From Escherichia coli (lineage in GTDB: Bacteria > Pseudomonadota > Gammaproteobacteria > Enterobacterales > Enterobacteriaceae): 64,000 nt of DNA. Both the position numbers and the translations under genes were made by a program. Position 1 is the stretch's first letter; each line of letters opens with the position of its first letter. The DNA is taken from NCBI RefSeq assembly GCF_036507355.1, contig NZ_AP027877.1. One strand, given 5' to 3'. Positions 45,215-57,009 of this stretch are shown in pieces. Below the pieces are notes generated by a model. That model made no database searches and was not told where the DNA came from. It worked only from the letters and a program-made list of their open reading frames with translations.

Positions 45215-45469
45215 GCCTCGTTTCCCTCATACTGGTTTCTGGTGGAAAAGAAAACAGTGATTACTAAATGTGCAATCACAGTTAAGCAATACCCCGAATC
45301 ATAACTGCCGTCAATGCGCAAAATTCACGCCACTGTCATATTTGTGAGCTACACGGGCATGTCGGTTGTACAAAAAATGTGAAGAGGAACAAATTTTTCC
45401 GCACGTTAGAAACAAAAAAACCGCCTCAGGCAACATACCGGAGACGGTTATATTTACAAATCTTTACAA

Positions 45470-46033
45470 TTAAGGTAGACGCTTTATCTCTTGTGCAATA
45501 GAAGCGGCTTCCTGACTCCAGACACCGGCCAGCACTTTAACCATCTCATCGTAACCATCCTGAGTTTGCACTCCTTCCAGACGGAACGGACGTTTGATCA
45601 GTTGTCCCTGGTGGTTCAACAGCCACTCACCACTGACAATGACCTTGCCATCATAGCGACCGTTAAACTCCGTTACGGTAACATTGAGCGTGTCCTGGGC
45701 GCTTCCCAGAGGCTGGGAGGCAACCACCCAGCCGGGCAGTTGCGTGCTCAGGTTGGCTACCAGGGTGTTGCGCAACTGTTGATCCAACGGGCTGGCCCAC
45801 AAGTTGTTGTTGGCAATCACATACTTCACATCACTGGTTTGATAAACCACACCATTCCCCGCCAGATAGTCAGGTACAGCGACCTGCTCTACCCATAACA
45901 GGCGATTGCCCTGGCTGGCGGTACTTTGTGTACCGCTCTGCACCACAGGTAACTGGTAATAGTTTTTATTAATTTCGCCGGAGCTGCATCCGGCCAGCCA
46001 CAGTGCTGCAATCGTCACTAGCCACTTTTTCAT
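45470..46033 (-). CDS. pqiC: Lipoprotein PqiC (YmbA)
   Basis: 187-aa ORF with lipobox LWLAGC; 4-bp overlap with pqiB. Confidence 0.9.
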   Translation of the reverse strand: MKKWLVTIAALWLAGCSSGEINKNYYQLPVVQSGTQSTASQGNRLLWVEQVAVPDYLAGNGVVYQTSDVKYVIANNNLWASPLDQQLRNTLVANLSTQLPGWVVASQPLGSAQDTLNVTVTEFNGRYDGKVIVSGEWLLNHQGQLIKRPFRLEGVQTQDGYDEMVKVLAGVWSQEAASIAQEIKRLP

Positions 46034-47670
46034 TGTTTCGCCCTCTTCGGCTCTGGATCTTTTTTGTCCTTCGCTTCAAATACCAGCGCGTTACTCTTCT
46101 CATTGAGCGTTTTCAGCACCGGTTGCAGTTCTCGCAACACCTGATCAAGGCGCTGCATATCCGCCACCATCTTGTTGTAGGCTGCGGAGCCGGGCTGGAA
46201 GCCCTGCATGCTGCGATTCAATTCACGCAACGTTGACTGCATATCCGTCGGCAACTGCTGCATCGACTGGCTGGCGAGGATCTTGTTCATGCTATCCAGC
46301 GTCATTTGCAGGTTTTTCATTGTGCGCTGACTTTCAGAAAGCGTACTGGTTGCCTGTTCAATCATCGGATTCAATGGCAGTTTGTTGATCTTATCCAACG
46401 CTTCCATCAGTCGTTGCTGGATTTGCGCCAGGCCGCCGCTAACGGTCGGGATAATCTGATAACCATTAAATTCACGAATACCGGTTATTGCAGGCGTATT
46501 TGGATAGAAATCGAGATCAACATACAGTGCGCCAGTGACCAGGTTTCCGGTTTTCAGCGATCCGCGTAAACCACGTTTCAACAATTCGCCAAGGTGCTCA
46601 ACAACATCCGCATTTTCGCCAAGCTGCATTTTCAGCCGCTCTGGCTCGATACGAATCAGCACCGGAATACGGTAATCATCGTTAAATGTCTGACGCATAT
46701 TCGGCGCAAAGAATGGCACTTTGCTTACGGTACCGAGGCGAATACCCCGGAATTCTACCGGAGCTCCCGGTTGCAGACCGCGTACCGAATCTTTAAAGAA
46801 CATCAGATAATCAATGTGATCGGTGTACAACGAATCCTGAATGCTCTTCTGATCATCATACAAAACGAAAGCTGTTTTCGGTGCCACTGGCTGCCCTAAA
46901 TCCAGACCTTCCGGCACATCAAAGCTGACACCGCCACTCAGCAGCGTTGTCAATGAGCCCATCTCCACACGCATTCCCGCTGACGTCAGATCAACCGCAA
47001 TGCCACTATCTTTCCAGAAGCGAACATTGCTGGTCACCAGTCGGTCATAAGGTGCATTGATGAACAGTTGATAACTGATATTGCGTTTTTGCGTATCGAA
47101 GGTGCTGGTTTCAACCGAACCTACCCGATAGCCACGGAACAGCACCGGATCTCCTGGCGAGAGCTGCCCGGCTTTTTTGCTATCGAGAATCACACGGATA
47201 CCTTTCGCATCAGGCGGGGCCAACGGTGGCGAGTCCAGCAAATCGTATTTATCCATTTTGCTGCCTTTCGCGCCTGGCTGCAGTTCGATATAAACCCCAG
47301 ACAGCAGGGTTCCCAGACCGCTAATCCCTTCTCGACCAATCTGCGGTTTCACCACCCAAAAGACGGTATCTTTATGCAGCAATTTTTCCATACCGGAATT
47401 CAGCCGCGCTTTGATTTCAACGTGTGTCAAATCATCAGCCAGTGTGGCGCTTTCAACCACGCCGACGTCAACGCTACGGCTTTTAATGGTGGTTTTGCCA
47501 CCTTCAATTCCTTCCGCATTCGCGGTGATCAGGGTCACTTCCGGTCCCTGATGGCTGTAATGATAAAAAAGAACCCAGGCCCCAATGAGCGCCGTGACGA
47601 TAGGAAATATCCACACGGGAGACCAGTTCTTCACTTTCTGGATTTTGGCTTCCCCATTATTAGATTCCAT
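46030..47670 (-). CDS. pqiB: MCE-domain intermembrane transport protein PqiB
   Basis: ORF 46030..47730; recognised start MESNNGEAKIQKVKNWSPVWIFPIV at 47670 (546 aa). Confidence 0.9.
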   Translation of the reverse strand: MESNNGEAKIQKVKNWSPVWIFPIVTALIGAWVLFYHYSHQGPEVTLITANAEGIEGGKTTIKSRSVDVGVVESATLADDLTHVEIKARLNSGMEKLLHKDTVFWVVKPQIGREGISGLGTLLSGVYIELQPGAKGSKMDKYDLLDSPPLAPPDAKGIRVILDSKKAGQLSPGDPVLFRGYRVGSVETSTFDTQKRNISYQLFINAPYDRLVTSNVRFWKDSGIAVDLTSAGMRVEMGSLTTLLSGGVSFDVPEGLDLGQPVAPKTAFVLYDDQKSIQDSLYTDHIDYLMFFKDSVRGLQPGAPVEFRGIRLGTVSKVPFFAPNMRQTFNDDYRIPVLIRIEPERLKMQLGENADVVEHLGELLKRGLRGSLKTGNLVTGALYVDLDFYPNTPAITGIREFNGYQIIPTVSGGLAQIQQRLMEALDKINKLPLNPMIEQATSTLSESQRTMKNLQMTLDSMNKILASQSMQQLPTDMQSTLRELNRSMQGFQPGSAAYNKMVADMQRLDQVLRELQPVLKTLNEKSNALVFEAKDKKDPEPKRAKQ

Positions 47671-47674
47671 ACTG

Positions 47675-48928
47675 TCAGGACTCCTCATGTTCTGATTCAG
47701 GTTGACGATCCCACGACAAACGCGGGTCAAACGTCATAGCAGAAAACATTGTCATTATGACGACTAAAGCAAACATTAATGCACCCATTGCCGGATAAAT
47801 ACTCATTAAACCTCCCATACGCACCAGCGCCGAGAGCACCGCGATAACGAAAACGTCAATCATCGACCAGCGGCCTACAAACTCAACAACTTCATAAATC
47901 AAATGCATTCTTTCACTGTCGCGCTTGCCATGCCCTTTGGCATCCCAACACAGCCACGCGATGGCGATCATCTTTAACGTTGGCACCATAATACTGGCCA
48001 GAAAGATCACCGCAGCGACGGGATAAGAGCCTTCGCTCCATAACAGAATGACCCCAGCGAGAATCGTCGATGGCATCTTCGAGCCTAATAAATCCGTCAC
48101 CATGATGGGCAAAATATTAGCCGGAAGATACAGCATGATGGACGTAACAAGCAGCGCGAGTGTCCATTGCAGGCTGTTTCTACGTCGAACGTACCCTTTA
48201 GTACCACAGCGCGGGCACACGGGTTCATCAGCAGGAAGGATTGCCGTACAACAGGAGCACGAACGTAGCCCCTGACGTATCCCCGTGACGCCTGGTTTTA
48301 GCGGCTGGCGCAGTTCTGGCATCGGGGCGATATCGTCCCATAACCAGCGACGATCAACGCACTGAAAAGCACGCAGTTGCAGGACACAAAATAAACACCA
48401 GGGGAGAAAGCTGCTGCCTACGCCAATGCTGCCGTAAGCCATCAGTTTAACGAAACTGACCAGCACACCCGCGAGGAAAATCTCCGCCATTCCCCAGGTT
48501 TTGAGTTGAAAAAGCACCCGTGCCAGTTGCTCTTTTAAACGGACCGGTAATTCCGCGCGATTCACCAGTAACAGAATGGTTATCAGACAAAACGCGGGAA
48601 CCAGTTGCACAAACAACAGGAAAAAGGTGCCGAGGCTGGCGTAGTCCTCAGAAAAAAGCACGCCGGGAATTTCCAGTAATGTAATTTCACTGGTAACTCC
48701 TGCAACGTTCATATTCACAAAAGGAAACAAGTTGGACAGCAACAGCATGAACAGTGCAGCCAACGCATAGGCCGTAGGACGCTGCCGGGGGGCATCCCAC
48801 GCCACGGTTAACGTTGTGCCACACCGGGGACATGCCGCTTTCTGACCATGCTCAAGGCGCGGTAACGCCACCAGCATGTCACACTGCGAGCATAGGATGT
48901 GCTTCGCGGCATGATGATGTTCGCACAT
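47675..48928 (-). CDS. pqiA: Paraquat-inducible inner membrane protein PqiA
   Basis: 417-aa ORF with CxxC zinc-ribbon-like motifs and TM helices. Confidence 0.92.
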   Translation of the reverse strand: MCEHHHAAKHILCSQCDMLVALPRLEHGQKAACPRCGTTLTVAWDAPRQRPTAYALAALFMLLLSNLFPFVNMNVAGVTSEITLLEIPGVLFSEDYASLGTFFLLFVQLVPAFCLITILLLVNRAELPVRLKEQLARVLFQLKTWGMAEIFLAGVLVSFVKLMAYGSIGVGSSFLPWCLFCVLQLRAFQCVDRRWLWDDIAPMPELRQPLKPGVTGIRQGLRSCSCCTAILPADEPVCPRCGTKGYVRRRNSLQWTLALLVTSIMLYLPANILPIMVTDLLGSKMPSTILAGVILLWSEGSYPVAAVIFLASIMVPTLKMIAIAWLCWDAKGHGKRDSERMHLIYEVVEFVGRWSMIDVFVIAVLSALVRMGGLMSIYPAMGALMFALVVIMTMFSAMTFDPRLSWDRQPESEHEES

Positions 48929-49057
48929 TGGTACTCCTTAATGATGCGCTATTTTACAGATGACTAACAAAGTGTTGGTTTTCATACCTGATAAACCCAG
49001 TTCATCAGGCAATTTTACCGTTGTCAGCTGTCTCTGTTTAAATCGACTATTTTGCGA

Positions 49058-50965
49058 TCAGCCACCATTTTTTAACGCTTCAAGATACTCCCAGCGTTCA
49101 AAGGCTTGCTCCAGCTCCTGCTCTGCAGCAGCCATATCAGCGAGCACTTTTTGTGTCTGCTCATGCGGCTGACTGAAGAAGGAAGCATCCGCCACCTGCG
49201 TCTGTAGGGCTTCCAGCTTCGCCTCCAGATCTTCGAGCAATTGCGGTAGCTGCTCCAGTTCGCGCTGCAATTTATAGCTTAGTTTGCTACTGCTGCGTTT
49301 TACAGTTTCTGCTTTTGGCGCGGCGGGTTCTTCGTTTTTTTTCACCGCAGGCTGTTTGAGCGCCACATACTGCTCTTGCTGACCACGGGCATCATGATAA
49401 CCGCCGACATAACGACCAATTTTACCGCCGCCTTCGAAGATCCAGCATTCTGTAACGGTGTTATCAACAAACTGACGATCGTGGCTTACCAGCAATACCG
49501 TGCCCTGGTAGCTGTCGATCAGTTCTTCCAGCAGTTCCAGCGTTTCGACATCAAGATCGTTGGTCGGTTCGTCAAGAATCAATAAGTTGCTTGGTTTGAG
49601 GAACAAACGCGCCAGCAGCAAGCGGTTCCGCTCACCGCCAGAAAGCGCACGTACTGGCGTCATCGCCCGTTTCGGATGGAACAGGAAGTCCTGCAAATAG
49701 CCCAAAACGTGGCGTGGCTTGCCGTTAACCATCACCTCTTGCTTACCTTCGGCAAGGTTATCCATCACCGTTTTATCGGGATCCAGTTCCGCGCGGTGCT
49801 GATCGAAATAAGCCACTTCCAGTTTGGTGCCAACGTGAATACGCCCGCTGTCCGCTTGAAGCTGACCGAGCATCAGTTTCAGCAGCGTGGTTTTGCCGCA
49901 CCCATTCGGCCCAATCAGGGCAATTTTGTCGCCACGTAGAACCTGGGCAGAAAAATCTTTCACCAGTTGCTTTCCGTCAACCTGGTAGCAAACGTCTTCC
50001 ATTTCGAAAACGATCTTACCGGAGCGGCTGGCCTCTTCCACCTGCATCTTTGCGGTACCCATCACTTCGCGACGTTCGCCACGCTCGCGACGCATCGCTT
50101 TCAGGGCACGTACGCGGCCTTCATTACGGGTACGGCGTGCTTTGATCCCCTGGCGAATCCACACTTCTTCCTGCGCCAGTTTGCGATCGAACTCGGCATT
50201 TTGTAGTTCTTCCACGCGCAGGGCTTCTTCTTTTTCCAGCAGGTACTGATCGTAATTGCCCGGATAGGTCACCAGCTTGCCGCGATCGAGATCAACAATG
50301 CGCGTCGCCATATTGCGGATAAACGAACGGTCGTGGGAGATGAAAATAATCGTCCCATTGAAGGTTTTGAGGAACCCTTCCAGCCAGTCGATGGTTTCGA
50401 TATCCAGGTGGTTAGTCGGTTCGTCGAGCAGCAATACGCGCGGATTGCTCACCAGCGCGCGTCCTAATGCCGCTTTACGCAACCAGCCGCCGGAAAGCGA
50501 CGACAGCGCAACATTAGGATCTAACCCCAGTTGCGCCAGCACTTCGTTGATGCGGTTTTCCAGCTGCCACAGGTTGTGGTGATCCAGCTGTTCCTGAACC
50601 TTCGCCAGTTCGTTGAGATTTTTCTCGCTCGGGTCGTTCATCACCAGGCGCGAAATATCGTGATAGCGTTTCAGGTATTCCGCTTGTTCTTCAATGCCTT
50701 CGGCAACGAAATCATAAACACTACCCTCAACGTTACGCGGCGGATCCTGTTGCAGACGCGCTACAATCAAATCCTGCTCGTAAATAATGCGACCGTCATC
50801 CAGCCCTTGTTCACGGTTGAGGATTTTCATTAACGTCGATTTGCCTGCGCCGTTGCGGCCCACCAGACAAACACGTTCGTTATCTTCGATATGCAGTTCT
50901 GCGTTATCGAGAAGCGGCGCGTCGCTGAACGACAGCCATGCGCCATGCATACTGATTAATGACAT
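49058..50965 (-). CDS. uup: ABC-F family ATPase Uup
   Basis: 635-aa ORF with two ABC cassettes (Walker A GRNGAGKST and GPNGCGKTT) and coiled-coil C-terminus. Confidence 0.94.
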   Translation of the reverse strand: MSLISMHGAWLSFSDAPLLDNAELHIEDNERVCLVGRNGAGKSTLMKILNREQGLDDGRIIYEQDLIVARLQQDPPRNVEGSVYDFVAEGIEEQAEYLKRYHDISRLVMNDPSEKNLNELAKVQEQLDHHNLWQLENRINEVLAQLGLDPNVALSSLSGGWLRKAALGRALVSNPRVLLLDEPTNHLDIETIDWLEGFLKTFNGTIIFISHDRSFIRNMATRIVDLDRGKLVTYPGNYDQYLLEKEEALRVEELQNAEFDRKLAQEEVWIRQGIKARRTRNEGRVRALKAMRRERGERREVMGTAKMQVEEASRSGKIVFEMEDVCYQVDGKQLVKDFSAQVLRGDKIALIGPNGCGKTTLLKLMLGQLQADSGRIHVGTKLEVAYFDQHRAELDPDKTVMDNLAEGKQEVMVNGKPRHVLGYLQDFLFHPKRAMTPVRALSGGERNRLLLARLFLKPSNLLILDEPTNDLDVETLELLEELIDSYQGTVLLVSHDRQFVDNTVTECWIFEGGGKIGRYVGGYHDARGQQEQYVALKQPAVKKNEEPAAPKAETVKRSSSKLSYKLQRELEQLPQLLEDLEAKLEALQTQVADASFFSQPHEQTQKVLADMAAAEQELEQAFERWEYLEALKNGG

Positions 50966-50976
50966 TACTATTCCTT

Positions 50977-53085
50977 TCAGGCTGCGGTAATCAGCCAGCA
51001 GTTGTGGATCTGGCGGTTACGGGCGAAATCCTGGGAGAGCGTTTTTTGCGTAATTTCTTGTGCTTTCAGTCCCAGTTTTGCCAGGCCGTCGAGATCCATA
51101 CGGAAGCCACGTTTGTTGTTCGAGAACATGATCGTCCCACCTGCACGCAGCAGACGTTTCAAATCTTTCATCAGCGCCAGATGATCGCGCTGAACATCAA
51201 ACGCATCTTCCATTCGTTTTGAGTTAGAGAAGGTTGGCGGATCGATAAAGATCAGATCGAACTGTTCATTTGCCTCACGCAGCCATGCCAGGCAATCGGC
51301 CTGAATCAGGCGATGCGCACGCCCGGTTAGGCCATTCAGACGCAGGTTGCGTTCTGCCCACTCCAGATAAGTACGCGACATATCCACGGTGGTGGTGCTG
51401 CGTGCACCGCCTAATCCCGCATGCACGGTGGCGCTGCCGGTATAAGAGAACAGGTTGAGGAAATCTTTGCCTTTGCTCATCTGACCGAGCATACGACGGG
51501 CGATACGGTGATCGAGGAACAGACCGGTATCGAGGTAATCCGTCAGGTTCACCCACAAGTGAGCGTTATATTCGGTAACTTCAAGAAACTCGCCCTTCTC
51601 GCCCAGTTTCTGGTACTGGTTTTTGCCCTTCTGGCGTTCACGGGTTTTCAGCACCAGTTTGTTTGGCGCAATCCCCAGTACCGAAATGGTTGCAGCGATA
51701 ATATCGAACAGACGCTGACGCGCTTTGTGAGCATCAATAGTTTTTGGCGGTGCATACTCCTGCACCACCACCCAGTCGGCATAACGGTCAACGGCAACGT
51801 TATATTCCGGCAGATCGGCGTCATACAGGCGGTAACATTCAATTCCTTCCTGGCGAGCCCACTTCTCGAATTTTTTGAGGTTCTTACGCAGGCGGTTGGC
51901 GTAGTCTTCCGCTACCATCGCCGGTTTGCTGTCTGGAGTGCTTTCGACAACGTGGTAATTTTTCTGTACGCAGTCCAGCGGGCCGTTTTTCGCCTTGTAC
52001 TGTTTGTCTGCACGCAGCTGCAAGCAGCTTAGCAGATCCGGCGAGGCACTAAACAAAGAGAGATTCCAGCCACCAAACTGGTTTTTCATGATCCGACCCA
52101 GCAGGCTATGCAGCGCAATCAGCGCCGGTTCGCTGTCCAGACGTTCCCCGTATGGCGGGTTGCTCAACACTGTGCCGTACGGCCCTTTCGGCAGCGGATT
52201 GGTCAGTTGCGCGACATCTTTCACCTCAAAGGTGATCAGTTCACCAATCCCCGCAAGACGGGCGTTAGTGCGTGCACGTTGAATCACCCGTGCGTCGCTG
52301 TCCGAACCGTAAAAATGAGAGCTATACTCAGCCAGGCCTTTACGGGCGCGAGTTTGCGCTTCCGCTTTCACTTCCTGCCAGATAGCTTCATCATGCTGCG
52401 CCCAGCCGCTAAAGCCCCAACGCCCACGGTGCAAGCCTGGTGCGCGATCGGTCGCCAGCATCGCCGCTTCAATCAGCAACGTACCGGAACCACACATCGG
52501 ATCGAGCAGCGGTGTTCCTGGCTGCCAGCCGGATCGCATCACAATAGCGGCTGCCAGGGTTTCTTTGATCGGCGCAATACCAGCACGATCGCGATAGCCA
52601 CGCAGATGTAAACCATCACCACTCAGATCAAGAGCGATACTGGCGGTTTCTTTATGCAGCCAGACGTTAACGCGGATATCCGGCGCATCGCGATCAACAT
52701 TTGGACGCGGCAGATTTTTCCGCGTGAAAGCATCGACGATCGCGTCTTTCACTTTCATCGCGCCGTACTGACTGTTGCGGATTGTGTCATTCAAACCACT
52801 GAAGTGGACAGCGAAGGTCGCGCCAGGATTAAACATCTCTGTCCAGTTGATCGCCTGAACACCGAGATAGAGGTCTAAATCGCTGTAAACCTTACACTCG
52901 CCCAGCGGCAACATAATACGCGAGGCCAGGCGGCTCCACATCAGGCTCTGGTAAACAAGCCGTGTGTCGCCCTTGAAATGGACCCCACCCTGAACCACCT
53001 GGCATTCAACGGCCCCCAGGTTTTCCAGTTCAGTTTTTAACAGCTCTTCCAGCCCACGGGCCGTACTGGCAAACAGAGAATTCAT
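50977..53085 (-). CDS. rlmL: Bifunctional 23S rRNA m2G2445/m7G2069 methyltransferase RlmL (RlmKL, YcbY)
   Basis: 702-aa [28 protein letters not shown]. Confidence 0.93.
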   Translation of the reverse strand: MNSLFASTARGLEELLKTELENLGAVECQVVQGGVHFKGDTRLVYQSLMWSRLASRIMLPLGECKVYSDLDLYLGVQAINWTEMFNPGATFAVHFSGLNDTIRNSQYGAMKVKDAIVDAFTRKNLPRPNVDRDAPDIRVNVWLHKETASIALDLSGDGLHLRGYRDRAGIAPIKETLAAAIVMRSGWQPGTPLLDPMCGSGTLLIEAAMLATDRAPGLHRGRWGFSGWAQHDEAIWQEVKAEAQTRARKGLAEYSSHFYGSDSDARVIQRARTNARLAGIGELITFEVKDVAQLTNPLPKGPYGTVLSNPPYGERLDSEPALIALHSLLGRIMKNQFGGWNLSLFSASPDLLSCLQLRADKQYKAKNGPLDCVQKNYHVVESTPDSKPAMVAEDYANRLRKNLKKFEKWARQEGIECYRLYDADLPEYNVAVDRYADWVVVQEYAPPKTIDAHKARQRLFDIIAATISVLGIAPNKLVLKTRERQKGKNQYQKLGEKGEFLEVTEYNAHLWVNLTDYLDTGLFLDHRIARRMLGQMSKGKDFLNLFSYTGSATVHAGLGGARSTTTVDMSRTYLEWAERNLRLNGLTGRAHRLIQADCLAWLREANEQFDLIFIDPPTFSNSKRMEDAFDVQRDHLALMKDLKRLLRAGGTIMFSNNKRGFRMDLDGLAKLGLKAQEITQKTLSQDFARNRQIHNCWLITAA

Positions 53086-53328
53086 ATCGTCACTTTTACT
53101 CTAAGAGCCTACCGCAGTAGGCGTAATTGTTGCAGTCAGTCTGGACATGGACAGCGCGGAGAAACCGGAGCGTACACAAGTACGTGAGGATTTCGAGCAC
53201 AACCCAGGGCCAAACTGACAAATAAAATAGCCTAATGGGACAGGCGCTAAGAAAATTGTTGCGCATTATAGCTAATAAGCGCGTCATGTCATAAAGTTGA
53301 GGGCTTATTTTCATTTGAGGACCACACC

Positions 53329-54438
53329 GTGGCGACATTAACCCGGCTTTTTATTCATCCTGTTAAATCGATGCGCGGCATTGGTCTTACACATGCTCTG
53401 GCTGATGTCAGTGGTCTGGCCTTCGATCGCATCTTTATGATCACGGAACCTGACGGTACGTTTATTACCGCTCGCCAGTTTCCCCAGATGGTACGGTTTA
53501 CTCCTTCACCTGTGCATGATGGCTTGCATCTCACCGCACCAGATGGCAGTAGCGCATATGTTCGTTTTGCTGATTTCGCCACACAAGACGCACCAACCGA
53601 AGTTTGGGGCACACATTTTACCGCGCGAATTGCGCCAGAAGCGATCAACAAATGGTTAAGTGGATTTTTCTCCCGCGAAGTGCAATTACGCTGGGTGGGG
53701 CCACAAATGACCCGGCGCGTGAAACGCCACAACACTGTACCCCTGTCATTTGCTGATGGCTATCCTTACCTTCTTGCTAACGAAGCCTCGTTACGTGATC
53801 TCCAACAACGTTGTCCGGCCAGTGTAAAAATGGAGCAATTCCGCCCCAATCTGGTGGTTTCCGGCGCGTCAGCCTGGGAAGAAGATAGCTGGAAAGTGAT
53901 TCGTATTGGTGATGTGGTGTTTGATGTGGTTAAACCTTGTAGCCGCTGTATTTTCACCACCGTCAGCCCAGAAAAAGGGCAAAAACATCCGGCAGGCGAA
54001 CCATTAAAAACGCTGCAATCTTTCCGTACTGCCCAGGATAACGGCGATGTCGATTTTGGCCAGAATTTAATTGCCCGTAATAGCGGCGTGATTCGCGTTG
54101 GCGATGAGGTGGAAATTCTGGCAACGGCTCCGGCAAAAATTTACGGCGCAGCTGCCGCTGATGATACTGCCAACATCACGCAACAACCGGACGCCAATGT
54201 AGATATTGACTGGCAGGGACAGGCATTTCGTGGAAATAACCAACAGGTGTTGCTGGAGCAATTAGAAAATCAGGGAATTCGTATCCCTTATTCTTGCCGC
54301 GCGGGCATTTGTGGAAGTTGCCGTGTTCAGCTTTTAGAAGGCGAAGTCACGCCGCTGAAAAAATCAGCAATGGGCGATGATGGTACCATTCTTTGCTGTA
54401 GCTGTGTACCGAAGACTGCACTTAAGTTGGCGCGTTAG
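53329..54438 (+). CDS. ycbX: MOSC-domain protein with C-terminal 2Fe-2S ferredoxin domain YcbX
   Basis: 369-aa ORF, GTG start; C-terminal CRAGICGSC ferredoxin motif. Confidence 0.92.
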   Translation: MATLTRLFIHPVKSMRGIGLTHALADVSGLAFDRIFMITEPDGTFITARQFPQMVRFTPSPVHDGLHLTAPDGSSAYVRFADFATQDAPTEVWGTHFTARIAPEAINKWLSGFFSREVQLRWVGPQMTRRVKRHNTVPLSFADGYPYLLANEASLRDLQQRCPASVKMEQFRPNLVVSGASAWEEDSWKVIRIGDVVFDVVKPCSRCIFTTVSPEKGQKHPAGEPLKTLQSFRTAQDNGDVDFGQNLIARNSGVIRVGDEVEILATAPAKIYGAAAADDTANITQQPDANVDIDWQGQAFRGNNQQVLLEQLENQGIRIPYSCRAGICGSCRVQLLEGEVTPLKKSAMGDDGTILCCSCVPKTALKLAR

Positions 54439-54977
54439 ACTGCCTGTTCGAGGCTGAAGCTGTCAACATTAACCTGCGGTTTCAGCCTGTCGTTCATGAT
54501 TTTAATGGCGTCGCCCAACTGCATCGCGCGACCCGCAATAACAACGCAGGGTTGTGCCAGCAGGCATAGCGCGGCATTCTCGCCAGATTCAACGACCAGT
54601 AAATTCACTTGCTCGTTAGTGTCGCTCAACCAAACGCAGGCCGCATCCCCCGGCATGGGCACCCACATTTCACCATGGGAAACAAAATGCCAGCTTTTCG
54701 GCATTTGCGGTTTGAGATAGCGAATTGCTACCAGTGCATTCAGCACCAGTTCGGCTTTTTGTTCTTTAGATAAATTAAAATCGCGGCACTTTTCTTCAAA
54801 AGAGAAATAGAGCGCGGCGTCGTCAACGCAAAAGCCTGCGGGAGAAAAGGCATCTGGAGTCAACATTTTGCGCGTAAAACGTGAGCGAAATAGCATACCA
54901 TTGGCTAAATCGAGCATCATTCGATCGTGCTCTTCATCGTAATACCAACGCCAGTTATCGTCTGGTTTAATTCGCAT
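54435..54977 (-). CDS. zapC: Cell division protein ZapC
   Basis: ORF 54435..55013; recognised start [24 protein letters not shown] at 54977 (180 aa). Confidence 0.9.
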   Translation of the reverse strand: MRIKPDDNWRWYYDEEHDRMMLDLANGMLFRSRFTRKMLTPDAFSPAGFCVDDAALYFSFEEKCRDFNLSKEQKAELVLNALVAIRYLKPQMPKSWHFVSHGEMWVPMPGDAACVWLSDTNEQVNLLVVESGENAALCLLAQPCVVIAGRAMQLGDAIKIMNDRLKPQVNVDSFSLEQAV

Positions 54978-55083
54978 CTGCCTCTCCCCAACCTTATAAA
55001 ACCGCAGCAACACAATCCATTGTCGCTTCGCTTAATAACCTCAACAATAAAAGTACAAAATGTCTAAATAAGCAACAGTGATG

Positions 55084-55118
55084 AATATAAAACAACCAGG
55101 GCTGAAAATAAAGCCCTG
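55084..55118 (-). terminator. Probable terminator downstream of pyrD
   Basis: Hairpin CCAGGGCT-GAAAATAA-AGCCCTG; on minus strand followed by T-rich run. Confidence 0.5.
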
Positions 55119-55150
55119 ATTATCTTATAAAGAGGAATTCGAAGAAATAA

Positions 55151-56161
55151 TTAGATATGGGTAACGATTTCTTTAATCAGCGGCGGACCTTTAAAAATAA
55201 AACCAGAATAAATTTGCACCAGTGAGGCACCCGCAGCAATCTTTTCACGCGCAGCGATAACCGAGTCGATGCCGCCAACACCGATGATCGGTAAGCGACC
55301 GTTTAATTCCAGTGACAAGCGGCGAATAATTTCGGTGCTTTTTAACTGAAGCGGACGACCACTTAAGCCACCGGTTTGATCGCAATTTTTCATTCCCTGA
55401 ACCAGAGAACGATCGAGTGTGGTATTGGTTGCAATAACGCCATCAATATTATGGCGAACTAAACTATCGGCAACCTGGATCAATTCTTCTTCAGAAAGAT
55501 CCGGCGCGATCTTCACTGCGATCGGCACATATTTATGGTGCATCGCTTGCAAATCATTTTGTTTATTTTTAATCGCAGTTAAGAGATCATCCAGCGCTTC
55601 ACCATATTGCAGTGTGCGTAATCCTGGGGTATTTGGCGATGAAATATTGATGGCGATATATCCCGCATAGGCATAGATTTTTTCCATACAAATCAGATAG
55701 TCATCTTTGCCCTGCTCTACTGGCGTATCTTTATTTTTGCCGATGTTAATACCCAGGACGCCGTCATAATGGGCTTTTTTTACGTTCTCTACGAGGTTAT
55801 CAACGCCAAGATTATTAAAGCCCATACGGTTGATCAAACCTTCGGCATCTACCAGACGAAAGAGACGCGGCTTGTCATTACCTGGCTGTGGACGTGGCGT
55901 GACGGTACCGATCTCTATCGATCCAAATCCCATCGCGCCTAACGCATCAATGCACTCCCCGTCTTTGTCAAGACCGGCTGCCAGACCAAGCGGATTTTTA
56001 AACGTCAGGCCCATGCAGTTAACAGGTTTTGCAGGCACTTTCTGCCGCACCAGTGCTTCAAACGGTGTTCCGGTAATGCGGCGTAATTGCTGAAAAGTAA
56101 ATTCATGAGCGCGCTCTGGATCGAGCTGGAAAAGGGCTTTACGAACGAAGGGGTAGTACAT
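55151..56161 (-). CDS. pyrD: Dihydroorotate dehydrogenase (quinone)
   Basis: ORF 55151..56188; recognised start [21 protein letters not shown] at 56161 (336 aa). Confidence 0.95.
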
Positions 56162-56271
56162 GAACTCTCCTGGATTCCCGGTGTGCAAACCGGGGGCGTA
56201 TTATGTGCGAGTTCGGACCAAAAGGGAATTGACCTGCGGCAAAAAAAACGCAAACGTTTTCCGAACCTGTT

Positions 56272-56982
56272 TCAGGGCAGATTTTGCTCCTTCTTTGCAC
56301 TCAACCCGCCGTAATCATTTATCGCCCGCCAGGCAACATGACACGGTGCTATTGCCTGACACCAGCTTGTCTGACGCTGGCTTTTAGGCGGCACAACTCC
56401 CGCATTACTAAACGCTTTACCATTTACGCTCACCTGAATCAGGTTAATGTAGTAAGGCGTTGGGTTAGTGAGTTGTACACCCTGCGAATTCCGTGTCCAG
56501 CGTAATTGTTGATAAGCTTCCAGCGGGTCGCCCGGCAAACCTTCGGGTCGCCAGAACAGTTTAAATACCGAGCGCATCGCCACTTTTACGCTCTGATTTT
56601 CAACTTTGCCGGATGGCACGCTGGCAATGCTTAACTCAAATAGCGTTTCGCGATCCACAGGCAAGATGTCGCTTTCCGTTCTCAGCAAGCGCAACGTGCC
56701 TGTCGTACCGGGCTTCAGGAGAATAAGTGGCGGAGCGGCCAGTAATGGTGCTGGCACTGTCGACGCTTCACCCCCGGCCCAACGCGTTGGGCGGTTGATT
56801 TTACTGTTAATAAGCCAGGATTCCTGACTGGTATTAGTCAGTAAAATAGATATCGATTCTCTGTCTGCCGGAAAGATAAATCGCGTTCCGCCGACCACCA
56901 CTCCTGCCTGCAATTCACCCGCCACCAGCAGCGATAAAACGGCGAAAATCAAGAGCGCCAATCTGTTCCACGTATTAGTCAT
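56272..56982 (-). CDS. ycbF: Periplasmic fimbrial chaperone (PapD-like) YcbF
   Basis: ORF 56272..57009; signal peptide then chaperone-type N-terminal block GTRFIFPADRESISILLTNTSQESWLINS; start assigned at MTNTWNRLALL (56982), uncertain. Confidence 0.8.
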   Translation of the reverse strand: MTNTWNRLALLIFAVLSLLVAGELQAGVVVGGTRFIFPADRESISILLTNTSQESWLINSKINRPTRWAGGEASTVPAPLLAAPPLILLKPGTTGTLRLLRTESDILPVDRETLFELSIASVPSGKVENQSVKVAMRSVFKLFWRPEGLPGDPLEAYQQLRWTRNSQGVQLTNPTPYYINLIQVSVNGKAFSNAGVVPPKSQRQTSWCQAIAPCHVAWRAINDYGGLSAKKEQNLP

Positions 56983-57009
56983 AATGAAGTACAAATGTCG
57001 CGCTGGCAT

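Noticed and set aside
45412-45460. Possible pqiC terminator hairpin (CCGCCTC...GAGACGG) with T-run on minus strand
   Set aside because: Stem is imperfect and I could not place it confidently; plausible but not strong enough to list as a feature.
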